From assembly GCA_951406725.2 (NCBI GenBank), contig OX597815.1:149048001-149112000 (forward strand): DNA of 64,000 nt. The letters are read 5' to 3'. This document shows, in pieces, positions 28,154 through 40,834 of the stretch. The first letter of the stretch is position 1. Each line of letters begins with the position of its first letter. The stretch comes from Octopus vulgaris (lineage: Eukaryota). The position numbers were made by a program, and so were the translations under genes. The notes under the pieces are model-generated. The model worked only from the letters and a program-made list of their open reading frames with translations, made no database searches and was not told the DNA's origin.

Positions 28154-28809
28154 TATGCGTATGTAAACACACGACAATACAAGGAAGTATGCTATCCAAA
28201 CACATATATAAATATGTATATACTTAAGCGAAATGTTCAAACAGAAATATCTGTGTAATGCATTGATTTGTCATTCAAATTCATTGCTGTTTAATTGCTG
28301 TGAGCTTTGTAGTGGGCCTATTCATGCACTTTGTAATCTGCGACAAACGCATGGAAATCCAGATCAACAGTCGACTAATGCATACTCAATGAAGTGTGTC
28401 ACACAATATATAGGGAAATGGATTGTTCAACAGAGATTTATACGAGGCGTGCGAATTTTGATATTTATGCATATAATGATAGGAACGCAGCTTGAAATAA
28501 TTTCTCATCGCAAGAAATGATTCTTCTACTGCCTCTGAAACTAAGAGTTTCCCAAATGAAATGACGGTTATCACTTTTCGGGCTTCTTAAATTAAACAAA
28601 TAAATATGAATCCAGATCATCTAAACGACAATTTAAACACGATAAAGTGTGTCACAGATCACATATTGAGATGGTTGTCTTTAACATTACTTCAAACGAG
28701 GTTAAATAAATATGTTGCGGCATTTTGGTTTATATATCTTTTATTTCCCGATGAGACTATTTCCCAATGGGCGAAAAATTTCAAGAGAGGAAGGAAACAT
28801 CTGTGATCT

Positions 28810-29395
28810 AAAATTGACTATTTGATGAGATAATTAGGGATAAATTATATATATAAGATAATTAGGAATAAATGGCGGAACATTAGGCAATCCAGCGCCA
28901 CTACATACAGAAAGTTGACTCGGTGAAACAGATGAGCTATTAGGAGGGGCTAAGAAATGAAGCTCTACTCAATGGAGAAAAGACGAGAAAGGTATGTAGT
29001 AATATACCTATAAAAGATTCTAGGTTTAGCTCGTAACATTGGAATTGAAAGTTATACCAATCAATAAAGTGGACGGCACTGTATAATAACGAAGATACCG
29101 CCATTTTAATCTCAGACAGAGAGCTAGTATTGCAATGTCTTGGTTTTCAGGGGACTACAACTGTTTAACATCGTGTCAAGGAACTTAAGTGTTCTACTAG
29201 GTGTAGATGAGAAAACGATCAAAACGCACGTGCAAAATTTCTGCCTGAAATCCCATCACAGCAAGAGGCACAAAGAAGAACATCGCCCAGGTCGCTTTTT
29301 CACCCCAAAACAGTACCGAAAGGGGATAGCAAAACAGTGAAAGGCACAGCTCCTGTATCGCTTCAGCCTCTAGCTCAAACTATAAAGGAATAAAA

Positions 29396-29400
<5 letters not shown>
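28810..29400 (+). pseudogene. Degraded 3' fragment of a CR1-clade LINE
   Basis: KLYSMEKRRERYVVIY, IGIESYT, GRHC and FRGLQLFNI..NL..L.GVD match the C-terminus of the 30975-35320 element. A degraded 3' terminus lies before the (TA)n. Confidence 0.78.
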
Positions 29401-29442
<42 letters not shown>

Positions 29443-30131
29443 TAGCAGTCCCCATCATCACACCATATAAAAGAATTTTATTTCAATACTTACTACTCAG
29501 TTCTAAATTTCTCTGCTACCCGAAGCATTAAGGGAGGCATTCGATGTGGGGAGGCATAGTAGTGTCTTATATGGTGTTATGATGGTGACTGGTATCTCTA
29601 AATAACATATATTTCCTCACTGAGAATAACTCGTTTTGATAGAATCCTTGTGATGCCGGAATATTTATTCCCTAATAAATAATATATACGTATAGAAACC
29701 CTGAATACCGGAAAATACCGGTAAACGGACACATAGATAGATGTGCTGCAAATGAAAATCCGAAATTTACAACTTACCCACTTTACAAATTCAGTGACAG
29801 CGTAACCTTCACGCAACGCCAAAATAAAGAACTTTATTTCATCAAAAAATTTAGACCAAGTTTGAACACCCTGGGCCAGGAATGTTAAAACAAAACATTG
29901 GTCTTCCGAAAAAGAAAAAACGAAACTCTACCACAACCACTACGACTGCCCCTACTAGCACTACCACTACTACAACCACTGTGGTCACTGTTACTGCGGC
30001 TACAGTGAGAGAATTAAAATAGTGGAGGTGGGGGCAATTACAATTTCTCAGATCCTTAAACAGTCACTCCCGCTGGCAGTGGTATGTCTTAGGGAAGGAA
30101 ACATTTATAAAAAGATTTTTTTCTCTGCGAG

Positions 30132-30437
30132 CAGATCTGATTTTGATTAGTCAAAAAAAATTTTAACGTTTTACCTCAGTGGTCAAGCTTGTCGCCATGC
30201 TTGATTGGTTTCCTTACAAAATACAGTTATGGGTCAGGTCTGATTCTGATTCGTTAAAAAATTGATGACGTTTTTCTTCCGTGGTCAAACTAACCGTTCT
30301 GCAAGGTTAGCCACCTAACAGGATACAATTATGGGTCAGATCTGATTTTGATTCGCTAAAAAATTGATGACGTTTTTCTTCTGTGGTGAAACTTGTCGTT
30401 CTACTTGGCTGGTTTGCTAAACAGGATACAGTTGGGG
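30132..30437 (+). repeat. Three tandem ~103-bp units
   Basis: Units start cag(a/g)tctgatt at 30132, 30235 and 30337, and end with atacagtt/atacaatt..ggg. Confidence 0.9.
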
Positions 30438-31060
30438 ATATTTTTCCTTATATTCGTTGAAGCTTGGCTTTGATTGGGTTGGAATTATATGACGTCAGTG
30501 AACAGTGCCAGAGACCACGGCTACTACTGCTTTCACAGCCACAGCTTAACTGATATAAACCCAACCATCACAAGTTTACCAAAATTACGCTAACAGTCGA
30601 CGACCAAGAATCACTACAGCTCCCATTGGAACACAAGGTAAAATCTATAATGAACTCCTGCACTACACTTGACAAAACAGTAAGGAACGACTATGGATTT
30701 TTTCTATTATACACCTTATAATATATTTTTCGCCTTTTCAAGAACATGGATTCTATTGGATGTATATAGCATGGACTCTATTGAATGTATGTAACAATTA
30801 TGAACTGTTCCATTATACTCTTTATTATAAAAAAATTTTTTTTGGTAAGGTTCGTTATTTCAAGAACCGAAACATGTAAAATTAAAATGTATCTAATATA
30901 GTGGCATTTCCAAACTTCTTTTTTATATATGTACCAACATTTATATATATATATATAAATAAATATATATATATTATTCTTTTTTTATTTATCTAGTTTC
31001 AGCTCACAAGCTGTGGCCATGCTGGGGCACCGCCATTTGGTGTTGCTATATGATTTTACT

Positions 31061-33970
31061 TCACGAATGCTTTTTATCAATTGCCATTTGGTGCATAAGA
31101 GAGTTCGATGCAGCTGCCCTCATCTTCACCTCCTGCCGTGAAGTTAGTTCATCTGGGATACCTGACAAGAAAAGATCTAGTTTCATTTTAAAGACATCTG
31201 CATCCACCCCATGCAGGTCTCTTAGGTTCTTCGGGAGGATATTGAAGACCTGTGGGCCTCAGAAGCCCAGGCTATCACAGTATCTTGTCCTACATCTTGA
31301 TGGCAAAGTTGGCACATTTGGCACATTGCAGTGGCGCCCAGTACTGGCATTTGTGTAACTCTCGATGCCAAAGTTTGGGACAAGTCCTTCTAGGATCTTC
31401 CAGATGTATATTATGGCATATCTTTCTCGCCTACGCTCTAAGGAATAGAGTCTCAATATCTTGAGTCTTTCCCAATAGCTTATATGCTGCACAGAGGCTA
31501 TCTTCTCCGTGTAGCTTCGTTGGATCGCCTCAAGTTCTGTGATTAACTTGACACTGGATGGTGACCATAGCTGAGAGCAATAGTCAAAGTGGCTTAGGAC
31601 AAGTGTCCTCCAGATGACCATCATGGTTTCCTGGTCTCTTGTTCTGAGGGTTCTGAGAATCCATCCGGTCAGCCGCCTACATTTCATTGACAATTAAGCA
31701 ACATGCACACGTAAGGTTGCATCATCACTCATGTAAATACCCAGGTCTCGCACTGATTGTGCCTCTGGGATTGCAGTCCCTTCAGGTCCAGTGTATTTAT
31801 TGGGTATTGCATTTAGTTTTGCGTGCTGATAGCATAGAGCTTGAAACTTTTCAGCATTGAACTGCATGCTATTCTTTTCAGCCCACTTGTATATTTTGTC
31901 CAGCTCACATTGCAGGTGCTTAGTGTCTTCAGGGTTCTGTATTGCCTGTGAAACTTTTGTATCATCTGCATAACTTGTGATCGTGGCTCTCTCCGTGTCT
32001 GAGGGCATGTCTGAGAGGGTCATTATGAACAGTAGTGGTCCCAAAACAGTGCCCTGCGGAACACCGCTCACTATTTGCGTGTTAGTGGAAGTGGCCCCAT
32101 TGGCTACTACCACCTGATTTCTATACTTCAGAAAGTCATGAAGCCATTCTCCCAAATTTCCAACTATGCCAAGATCATTCAGTTTGTGACATAGCATTCC
32201 ATGATCGACTTTATCAAAGGCCTTTGCAAAGTCAAGATATATGACTTCCACATTTGAGTGGTTGAGCAGTCGTTTCAGCACCCAGTCATAGCGTTGTAGG
32301 GGCTGAGTTAAGCAACTTCTTCCTGGTCGGAAACCATTTTGGGTGTCAGGCAGCAAGTCATTTTCTTCAAGGAAGGTGATTAGGTTCCTTCTGACTATTC
32401 GTTCCATGACCTTGCTGATGTGTGAGGTCAGAGAGATAGGTCTGTGGTTCTTGGCCTCCACTCTGCTACCTCATTTATGAATAGGGCATATTTTACCTTC
32501 CTCCAGTTTTCGTGGAAGTTTGCCAGTTGCAAGGAAGCTCTGAAAGAGGAACTGCAGTGGTCTTGCTAAGACTCTCTTACATACTTTTAGAAGGATTGCT
32601 GGGAATCCATCGGGGCCAGTAGCTGAGTCTGTTTTCATTTCATCAATAGCTTTTACTTTATTACATCGTCTTCCTTTATATTGATGTAATCAATCATCGC
32701 TGATTTTATATCTGCAGTGGTAAAGAGGTCAGTTGGATTGCTGACTTGAAAATGTCCTAGGGGTGGCGTGAAAATACTCTTGAATTTCTCATTTAGTATC
32801 TCACCTACCCTCATTGGATTTCCTGTGAGTGTGCCATCCTTTTCAAGGAGTGGCCCTATCCTACAGTGCACCGTAGCTGTTTCTTTGGCATACCTGTAGA
32901 AAGCACTGGGGTTAGATTTTATGTTGTCTATAGCCCAGGCTTCTTTGTCTGCTCTTTCTTTTTCATGGGAGAGTGGCAGACATTTTTCAATTTCCAACAG
33001 TTTTATTTTCAGGCGGGACTTTTCACTGCTTTCAATTTGTTTGTTTAGGCGATTTGAAACTTTTGTACGCCGTCCCATTAGAATTTTCCTCTCCCTGGGG
33101 ATTTTGCTCTTGTGTACAGTGGCCTTTCTCTCTGGGACACATTTGTAGCATATGGCTTGCATTACAGACATGAATTGTTGAAGTTTCATGTCGATGTCTT
33201 GCGAGGATAGACATTCAGGCCAGTTTTGTTTGAGGATCTCTTTCTCAATATGTTTCCAGTTTGCCTTACGGAAGTTCAAGCTGGAAAGATCCAGAGAGAT
33301 TCTTATAGGCTGCCTGTCCATGCTTTCCTTTGGCCCGTACATGGTCAGCTCTACCATGTTGTGATCGGAGAGTAGTGTCGGTGTCACTTTCACATTATGG
33401 ATAAGATCCATATTATTTGTGAAGCAGAGATCCAGTATGTTACCTGCCCTGGTTGGTTGGAGTATTACTTGCTCCATGTACAAAGTGTTGATGAGGTTCA
33501 GGAGGGACCTCGCCTGTCCTCATTCACATCGTGTCATTCCTGGGAGAGAAAGGCCCTCGGGCCATCTGACATTGGGTAGATTGAAGTCGTCTCCCATAAG
33601 AAGTACACTTACGTGTTGTTCTAATGTGACTAGAACTTCTACTTTTATAAGGCAGTCTTCAAACTTGCCTACATGACTTGGGGCACCTGGAGGGCGATAT
33701 GTAGCACATATAACTACACCAAGTAGCCTTATATGTACAATTAGTGTGTCACACACCGAATTTGAGTATGACAAAAGGACCTGGTGCGTGAGGTCCTCAT
33801 TGATGTACATAACAACTCCTCCATGACTCCTTTCTTTTCTGTCGGTCCGTAGTACAACATAGTGTGGTATGTGTATTTCCGCATCTGCTCTGTCCGGTTT
33901 CAGGTGTGTTTCCGTAAGTTGTTAGCAGTCCTCTGATGTTCAGTAGGAGCATCGAGGTTAGGTGTATGCT
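31061..33970 (-). pseudogene. CR1-clade ORF2 (APE endonuclease + RT) broken by stops and frameshifts
   Basis: NIRGL, ETHL, YRPP, GD.FN.P, PTR..NILDL, SDHN; RPISLTS, GFR.GRSC, LDFAKAFDKV, SGVPQGTVLGPLLF, YADDTK; SLERRRER. Spread over ORFs 33520, 32653, 31694 and 31259. Confidence 0.92.
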
Positions 33971-34879
33971 GTTGCCGGCGGTGTCCACCTTGGGTCTATT
34001 TGCTGTGGTGGTCTTGTGTATTGTGGATAGTCCCATCTGCGAGTTTGAGTTTGATGGAGCCAGGTTAGCTGCTGTACAATCTTTTGTGCCATGCACAAAA
34101 AGATTCTTGTTCAGCAGCTGCCCTTTCAATAACATGTTGGCGGTTTGTAGCACGCACCACATATGCGTACCTCCGTTTTGGGGCAGGTGGTGCGTGGTCC
34201 ATCCCTTTTCCTTTTGGTAGTTGGATTCTGACCTGTTTCGTGTTTTTGTGGCAGGGTCTTTGATGTGCAAACGGCAGCCTGCACCTTCCGCTCCATGCCA
34301 GCAGACACCTGTCAGGTAGAATTTACACATTCCTGTGTGCTGTTTGTTTCTATCCTTTTTGGTACATGGATAGTCATGTTTGCTTCTATCCTTGGCTGTT
34401 TCATTTTTTGGTTTTGTTTGAGTTTTAGTTTTTCCTGGCTGTTTGGCTGTTTCATCTTTTGTTTTTCTTTTAGTTTTTCCTCCTTTTATTTCTTTTTTGG
34501 CTCTTTCATCTCCATGGCGTTTCGTGCTGGTAGGAGCAATTGCACTTGGGGTTACTTCCCGGGCAGGTTTCTCACTTGAATCTTCTTCCTGGGTGTCTAC
34601 CAAGTGGGAGTGACTTCTTTCATCAGCACCCGCATCTCCATCCTTGCCATCTTTACTTTGTTCGTTGTCAAAGATGGTATCAAGCGTGCCAATGTGAGAT
34701 CTTATGAGTGCATAGGAGCGTATAAACTCCTGCTTCTTTCGCTCTATCTGAGCTATTCTCCTTCTATATCCACTGCTCTTCAGCGCTGCTGTAATTATGT
34801 TGTTCGAATTATCTCCGTCGGCGCATTGCCAGACTATGAGGAACAACGCCAATTTGTTACTTCTCCAGGTTCTGGACAT
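33971..34879 (-). CDS. ORF1-like region of the LINE with a K/E-rich linker and a CCCH-type zinc finger
   Basis: ORF 33797-34879 contains CKFYLTGVCWHGAEGAGC and lies upstream of the endonuclease. Probably frameshifted after the finger. Confidence 0.6.
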
Positions 34880-35526
34880 TTTGGATATTATATTTATTTA
34901 TCTATCTAATTATATTTAAAATTTAATAGTGTGATAGAGGGTAGAGAATAAATAGAGAAAGAAAGTGTCTATGTATTTAGAGAGATTGAGAGCAGAGAGA
35001 AGATAAGAAGAGAGTAAGAGAGGAATGTTCGCGACTATATATTTAGAAAACTTGAAAGGCTGAGAGAGGAAAGATGGTGTCACAGATAGAAGTGGAGAAG
35101 TGAAGAGACAGAAAGAGAAAGACGAGAAAGAGAGGAGGTTACGGAGCTGAAATAGAAAATGAAAGATTAAGAAAATGAAAGATTATTAAGAAGAAAGCTG
35201 AAATAGAAAATGAAAGATTATTAACAGGCATGTAAATTATAAATATATATACCTGACCGTAGCTACAAACGTTTTCTTCTAAACTAAACTAATTGCGACT
35301 ATACTTCTAATGTTCGCGTCTATATATTTAGGGAGATTGAGGGGCTGAGTAAATATATATATATAAATATATATAAAGTAACAAATAAATATACGCCCAT
35401 CTAAAATTGAATAATTTTAGAGAGATGTAACGGAGCTGAAACAGAAACGGAACGATTATTAAAGAATGTAAACTATATATATATAAATAATATATATGTG
35501 CATATATACATGCATATATGTACAAA

Positions 35527-35561
<35 letters not shown>

Positions 35562-35572
<11 letters not shown>

Positions 35573-35828
35573 TGTGTGGCACAGGACGTCATGGAGTGTG
35601 TACAACAAAAAGTACGAATTACGAGTACATGGAACATGAACTATTCTTTCGAACAATGAAAGACATGAATGGAAAACAAAGCAAACAAAAAAGGACTTTT
35701 TGCTTGTTTTGTTTTCCATTTGTGTATTTCTTTGAACAAAAGAATAGTTCAAGTTCCATGTACTAGTAATTCGCACTTTATTGTTGTACACGTTCCGTGA
35801 CGTCCTGTGTCCACATATGCATATATAT
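35562..35828. repeat. Long imperfect palindrome (~130-bp arms) flanked by (TA)n
   Basis: atgcatgtgtggcacaggacgtca...ggaaaacaaagcaaacaaaaaag mirrored by ctttttgcttgttttgttttcc...tgacgtcctgtgtccacatatgcat. Centre ~35694. Confidence 0.93.
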
Positions 35829-35903
35829 TATTTATATATGACTGAACGTCACGCATCCTTTACCATGTAATTTTTATCTCTCTCTCTCCCCTCCTCTCTC
35901 TCA

Positions 35904-35944
<41 letters not shown>

Positions 35945-36254
35945 ACTTTATATTTAAACATCAGAAAAAAGGAATCGTAAGATTAATATAGCCTATAAAA
36001 CTTATTGATCATAAGATTATTAAGATGAATAAAAGTACATATGAAACAGCCGAAATATTACATGCCAGAAAACAGCAGTAAGGCCAGCAGGAAATACGCT
36101 GCTCCAAGTTCTTGGTTGAAATACTCAATTTCGATTGCAAAATACCAAACGATTTGCGTAAATTGATAGGAAAAAAACTGAACTTGTATGTACGCCAAAA
36201 CTAAAGATCCGTCTTCAACGCAAAATGCATAGAACGCAGGTATTATGCAGAAAT

Positions 36255-36460
36255 TTTGGGACAAAGCCAGCAAATTTTTGGGGCGGAAGGGTTTAATTCG
36301 ATTTCATCGACCCCAGAACATTACTAGTAATTTGGTTTTGGACCCCGACATGATGAAAGGCAAAGTTGACGTCTGCGGAATGTTAACGCAGAGCATAAAG
36401 TCCGATGAAATGGTGCCAACCATTTCGTCCGGTGCGCTAACAATTCTGCCCGCACGCCGA
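36255..36460 (-). mobile_element. Diverged tRNA-derived SINE
   Basis: gaccccgacatgatgaaaggcaaagttgac core and ggtgcgctaacaattctgcc head. Confidence 0.75.
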
Positions 36461-37100
36461 CTTAAACAACTGCCTATAAATTAAATATTATTTAGACGAC
36501 CCCATTACTGTTTGCATTTCAGGTATCTCTGAATCTTTCTGAGACATGTATGCACACCATGATTTTTTAATGTTAGTTCCAAACTAGCAAGTCCTTGAAG
36601 ATATGTTGTTGTGTATATAATATCATCTCCTCCATTGTGAAATTCCTCTTATTGGTTTCTTTCCCTCTCAATGCAGTTCCTGTCTAATGATGATCTGCTT
36701 AGTCGTTGTAGAATCTAAACAAAAATACCATGGAATTTTATGTATTCTTCCCGTTTTATGAGTCTGCGTGAAAATGCTTATCTACATAATTAATCAAAAC
36801 TGGTAAAAATCATCAAAGGTTTCTGCAGGAACTTTGGCGGGAATTTCGCAAAAATATTTGTTTCATTTAGAGTAGCAAACTTTTAATAGCGAGATTTCGA
36901 TGTTGGTGATTTGTGAGATAATAGGTAAATCTTTGTGAAATTCTTAAAACAAGAGTTGTTCCTTTCGCTATCCGCACGTCTCTTCACAGAGTACGGTAGT
37001 CGTCTATGGTATTCGCCATTTCGAATTCCAACATTCGAATCTGAGCTTGACCAATATATATATATATATATATATATAAATTTGAAGGTTTGGAGATGAT

Positions 37101-37299
37101 GTACAGGTATTATATATATTACATTTTTTACATATATATCATATCACTTAGATCATTAGCGCTTTCTCCCATTCTAGTGGGGTTTTCAAATCAAAATAAT
37201 TTTTTGATTTTAAAACCCCACTAGAATGGGAGAAAGCGCTAATGATCTAAGTGATATGATATATATGTAAAAAATGTAATATATAAATAAATATCTGTA
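37101..37299. repeat. Near-perfect palindrome (~83-bp arms, degenerate extension to ~100 bp)
   Basis: 37114-37196 pairs with 37202-37284 with one visible mismatch. The loop is a few AT bases. Confidence 0.95.
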
Positions 37300-37335
37300 A
37301 ATATAAACCATCCGATCTTCTGATTACCTCATTTC

Positions 37336-37399
<64 letters not shown>

Positions 37400-39489
37400 T
37401 AAATAGATATATAGCAATTTATACGAAAAATTAAACGAACCGATCCCTAAAACTACTGACTTTAACATATTTGCATACGTAATAGAAAACCTTGCACGAT
37501 AGGTTATTACGAGGGATACACACTTCCTACGTTCGCGGAAACAAAAGAAGGTATTATGTTGCACAATAAATCATATTATTTTCATATTTGTTGTTTTATC
37601 ACTCATGTACAGGAGAAGATTAGATGGAATGGTATGATCATAAAGAAGCTTGTTATCAGCTCACATATTGTTTGTGTGCGCAGCTGCTGTTAAGATTATT
37701 TATTACGTACTATCGAGAGAAATATGAAGAACGTGCATCTCGAGTATTACGAGTAGCTGCGAAAAATATAGAAAACAAGAAAAAATGAAATATAAAAGCG
37801 AAGCACCTCTCAGTTAGAAATGTGAAAATTTCATGTCAACGGTTTTCTTTGTATGTTTTCTAGTAATTTTTTAAACTCACAACTGAATGGCAATAGATAC
37901 AAGCGGTAAGCGATCCATATGAATTGGTACAGAATATTTCAAGTTGTCGGTTCAAAGTGCAAGGTAATTAGAATAACTGTGAAGTGTATGGATTCTATAT
38001 AAACGATATTTTTCGCGCATGGATCAGATAATGAATGTTTGATAACGGAAGTGTTTGGGAGCTGTGATGTCCTCTATTTGGCCGTTCAAGGAAATTGTAA
38101 TTCCCACTTAACCTAATTGTTGAATTTAAAGTGGGAGCAGTGTTATCGTATATAAGAACAGCAAGGTCCCTAGATGCATCCAACACTTTGCAACACAAGT
38201 CTTCTACTCCTTAATGGATTTCAAGTGAATGGTGGTACAAAAAGTAGTTAATTCTTGTTTTTCTAAATACTAAGAGGAATAAGGCTTTGGGTTTATATTG
38301 AAAACTATCTGAAATTTCTTTCAGCAAAAGAAATCTTTGAGTTTGCATTACAGGAAGGAAAAGTGAGACATGATGGGAAAATATACCAGCGAGAAGAACG
38401 ACATTTGTAGGAGGGTTGCAAAGCAAAGACCTAAGTACACATGGATACCATTGGACAAATTTGATAAGAAACGCACGTTTTGGAAAGTTTGAATCTCCTC
38501 AGAAGCAATCCGGTTTGTAATTATCTCCACAGTTCATATGGTACCATCTTCTGTGAAATTTAAAAGATGTGGAGGTGGGAATTTCAGCAAGAGGTGGAAG
38601 AATGTGTTGGAGTGTGTGTTCTATATTTTTCCTGAGCTCAACACCCAGTTTATACACAGAAACACAATCAAGAATCCTGGCAATAAGCGGGCAGACGATA
38701 CGTGCGAGGAGGTTCAACGTCTCAAACATAAAACACCACAGTTGCCGAGACGTATTAAATTTGTAAGGAAGGGTAAAATAGGAATATATATATGAGAAAT
38801 GTGTACACTTAGTTGGTATTTATGGGATACTGATGGTGATGGTGACAGACACCCAGAAGCTGTTGTCAAGAGACATAGTGAATAGGACTTGGTTCTTGTA
38901 TCGTGGTTCCGACTTGGTTCTCGTACACTTAGTATAGTCAGTATTGATTTAACTGTACCGAAAGAAAGTGAAGATCATGGAAACGAAAGGGAGAAAATGG
39001 AAAACAATATGCAGAGTTTGGTGACCTAGTATAAGAGGAAGGAATCGTAAAGACAGCTAAGGGCATTGTAGTTCGTATGTAGGGGCTTCTTGTGGTTAGC
39101 GGTTAGACTTGCGTTTTCAGTGTAGATTAACGTGATGGTGAAAGGAGGACTGAGCGTCGAGAAGCAATAATTAATATGAAGGAGGATGGCCTTTAGGACA
39201 TAACATCTTACATATAACGAAATAAACTACAAGAATGCAAAATGCAAGCAGAAAGAGTAACACAAAGCAGATCATTTATTCATATATACGCGAGTGTGTG
39301 TGTATTTTCAGAAATAGATAGGGATCCAAATAGCTAGAAATATAAATACATATATGGAGAAGTGGATATATATGTGGATATATATATAGTAGTAGCAGAA
39401 AAGAGGAATTTCAGTTGTCCTCACGTGGTGGATTGTAATGTATATAAGAAAATAAAAACAGGAAAATAGGCACACTTACATGGTTATAA

Positions 39490-40365
39490 TATAATTTTTA
39501 ATGAATCGACCGGTTTCGCAATCGCTATTCATGATATAATGTTTAATTTATATGAATATATATTTTTTCTTTAGAAGAAATTTGGTCCATGTTGTTTGTA
39601 ATGAAATTCACGAGTGAATGATTTTACAAGTTGACAACTAAAGGGAGGTAATTGGTTGCTATTATTGGTATTGCTAAGGGAGATAACTGCTTAGGTTTTG
39701 GATGGGGAATAAATATGTGTAGAGACAGGAGACAGGTTTAAAAAAAGGGACCTTGTTTAGTAGGGGATTTATGTACAGTGATGTAATATGTAAAACTATA
39801 AAAGTTAGTTATGTGTGCATATTAAAACGTGTTTTGTAGTTTTCAATGAAAAAAAAAATTCTTTATTCAAGCGTTCTAGTTGAGAGATTGTGTCTTTGCA
39901 CTGGTAGGAAGGGAAGACTGTAAAATTTGGTTTGATGTTACCTGCACATTCTTCTATGTGTTCACTAAGAGGAATTTTCTCTGTACTGCGGGAAACGGAT
40001 TTGCTCCTTATGCAGAGTGATTCTCTACCTCAAAGTTAAACACGTTTGTTCAATGTACTGATGACTGCAAGCCGGGCAGGTTATTACATAAATTAGATTC
40101 TCAGAGACACAGGTGAAACTAGTTTTAATTGTGAACCTCTGTCCTTATTTGAAAAGGAAATCCGAATCTTCAAGCAGGTGGGGGCAGTTCCACAGTTCGG
40201 GCGTCCACATTTTTCAACCGTTGGTTTCGTGGTTGTTTTGTAAAGCTTCGCATTTGTTAGTAGTCTCTTTAGCGATTTGTCATGTTTTTTGCATTTGATG
40301 AGTTTGTTTGTTTTCGGGATGTCGTTCATTTTGGGATCTCTCGTTGGTAAAGGGAGAGTTTTATT
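39490..40365 (-). mobile_element. Penelope-like element 3' fragment: GIY-YIG endonuclease pseudogene plus 3' terminal region
   Basis: Minus strand KCGRPNCGT, then ENLIYVITCPACSHQYIEQT.LTLR*R..H (N.IY.I.C..C...YIG.T pattern) at ~40100-40010. Confidence 0.85.
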
Positions 40366-40368
40366 TTC

Positions 40369-40407
<39 letters not shown>

Positions 40408-40428
40408 ATATATATATATATATATATG

Positions 40429-40463
<35 letters not shown>

Positions 40464-40753
40464 CTGAGTATAAATGCAATGCCAAACATCTAGGGTATTG
40501 GAATCGTCCCTCTATCGGCGCCGGGATAATGGATAGTGATAATGACGTAATCATATATTTGAAATCTGAACTGATACATGAAAACATAATGTATTATCTT
40601 ATTGAAGGCATAACATTCTGGAGGATGGTTGTGGTCGATTTTGAGCGACTTCATTCCTCAAGCAGCATATTATTCGTAACTCTAGGTAAATATCAAATTT
40701 AGAGAGTAAAATAGAGGGTGAAGTACTAAGAGTATGCAATTCACATTATCACA

Positions 40754-40756
<3 letters not shown>

Positions 40757-40833
<77 letters not shown>
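40757..40833. repeat. (TA)n microsatellite
   Basis: Directly visible. Confidence 0.97.

Positions 40834-40834
<1 letters not shown>

Larger units (their letters stand above)
30975..35320 (-). mobile_element. Near full-length CR1-clade LINE (~4.3 kb), inactivated
   Basis: CT-rich 5' UTR, ORF1-like region, APE + RT ORF2, short 3' UTR with A-rich tail, AT-dinucleotide flanks. Confidence 0.88.

Noticed and set aside
33797-34879. Apparent in-frame ORF1-endonuclease fusion
   Set aside because: The copy has indels (likely a frameshift at the CCCH finger and a deletion after NIRGL), so the continuous frame may be accidental. A consensus is needed.
37990-38800. Several overlapping 60-85 aa ORFs, possibly Penelope N-terminal remnants
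   Set aside because: No diagnostic motif could be read with confidence.
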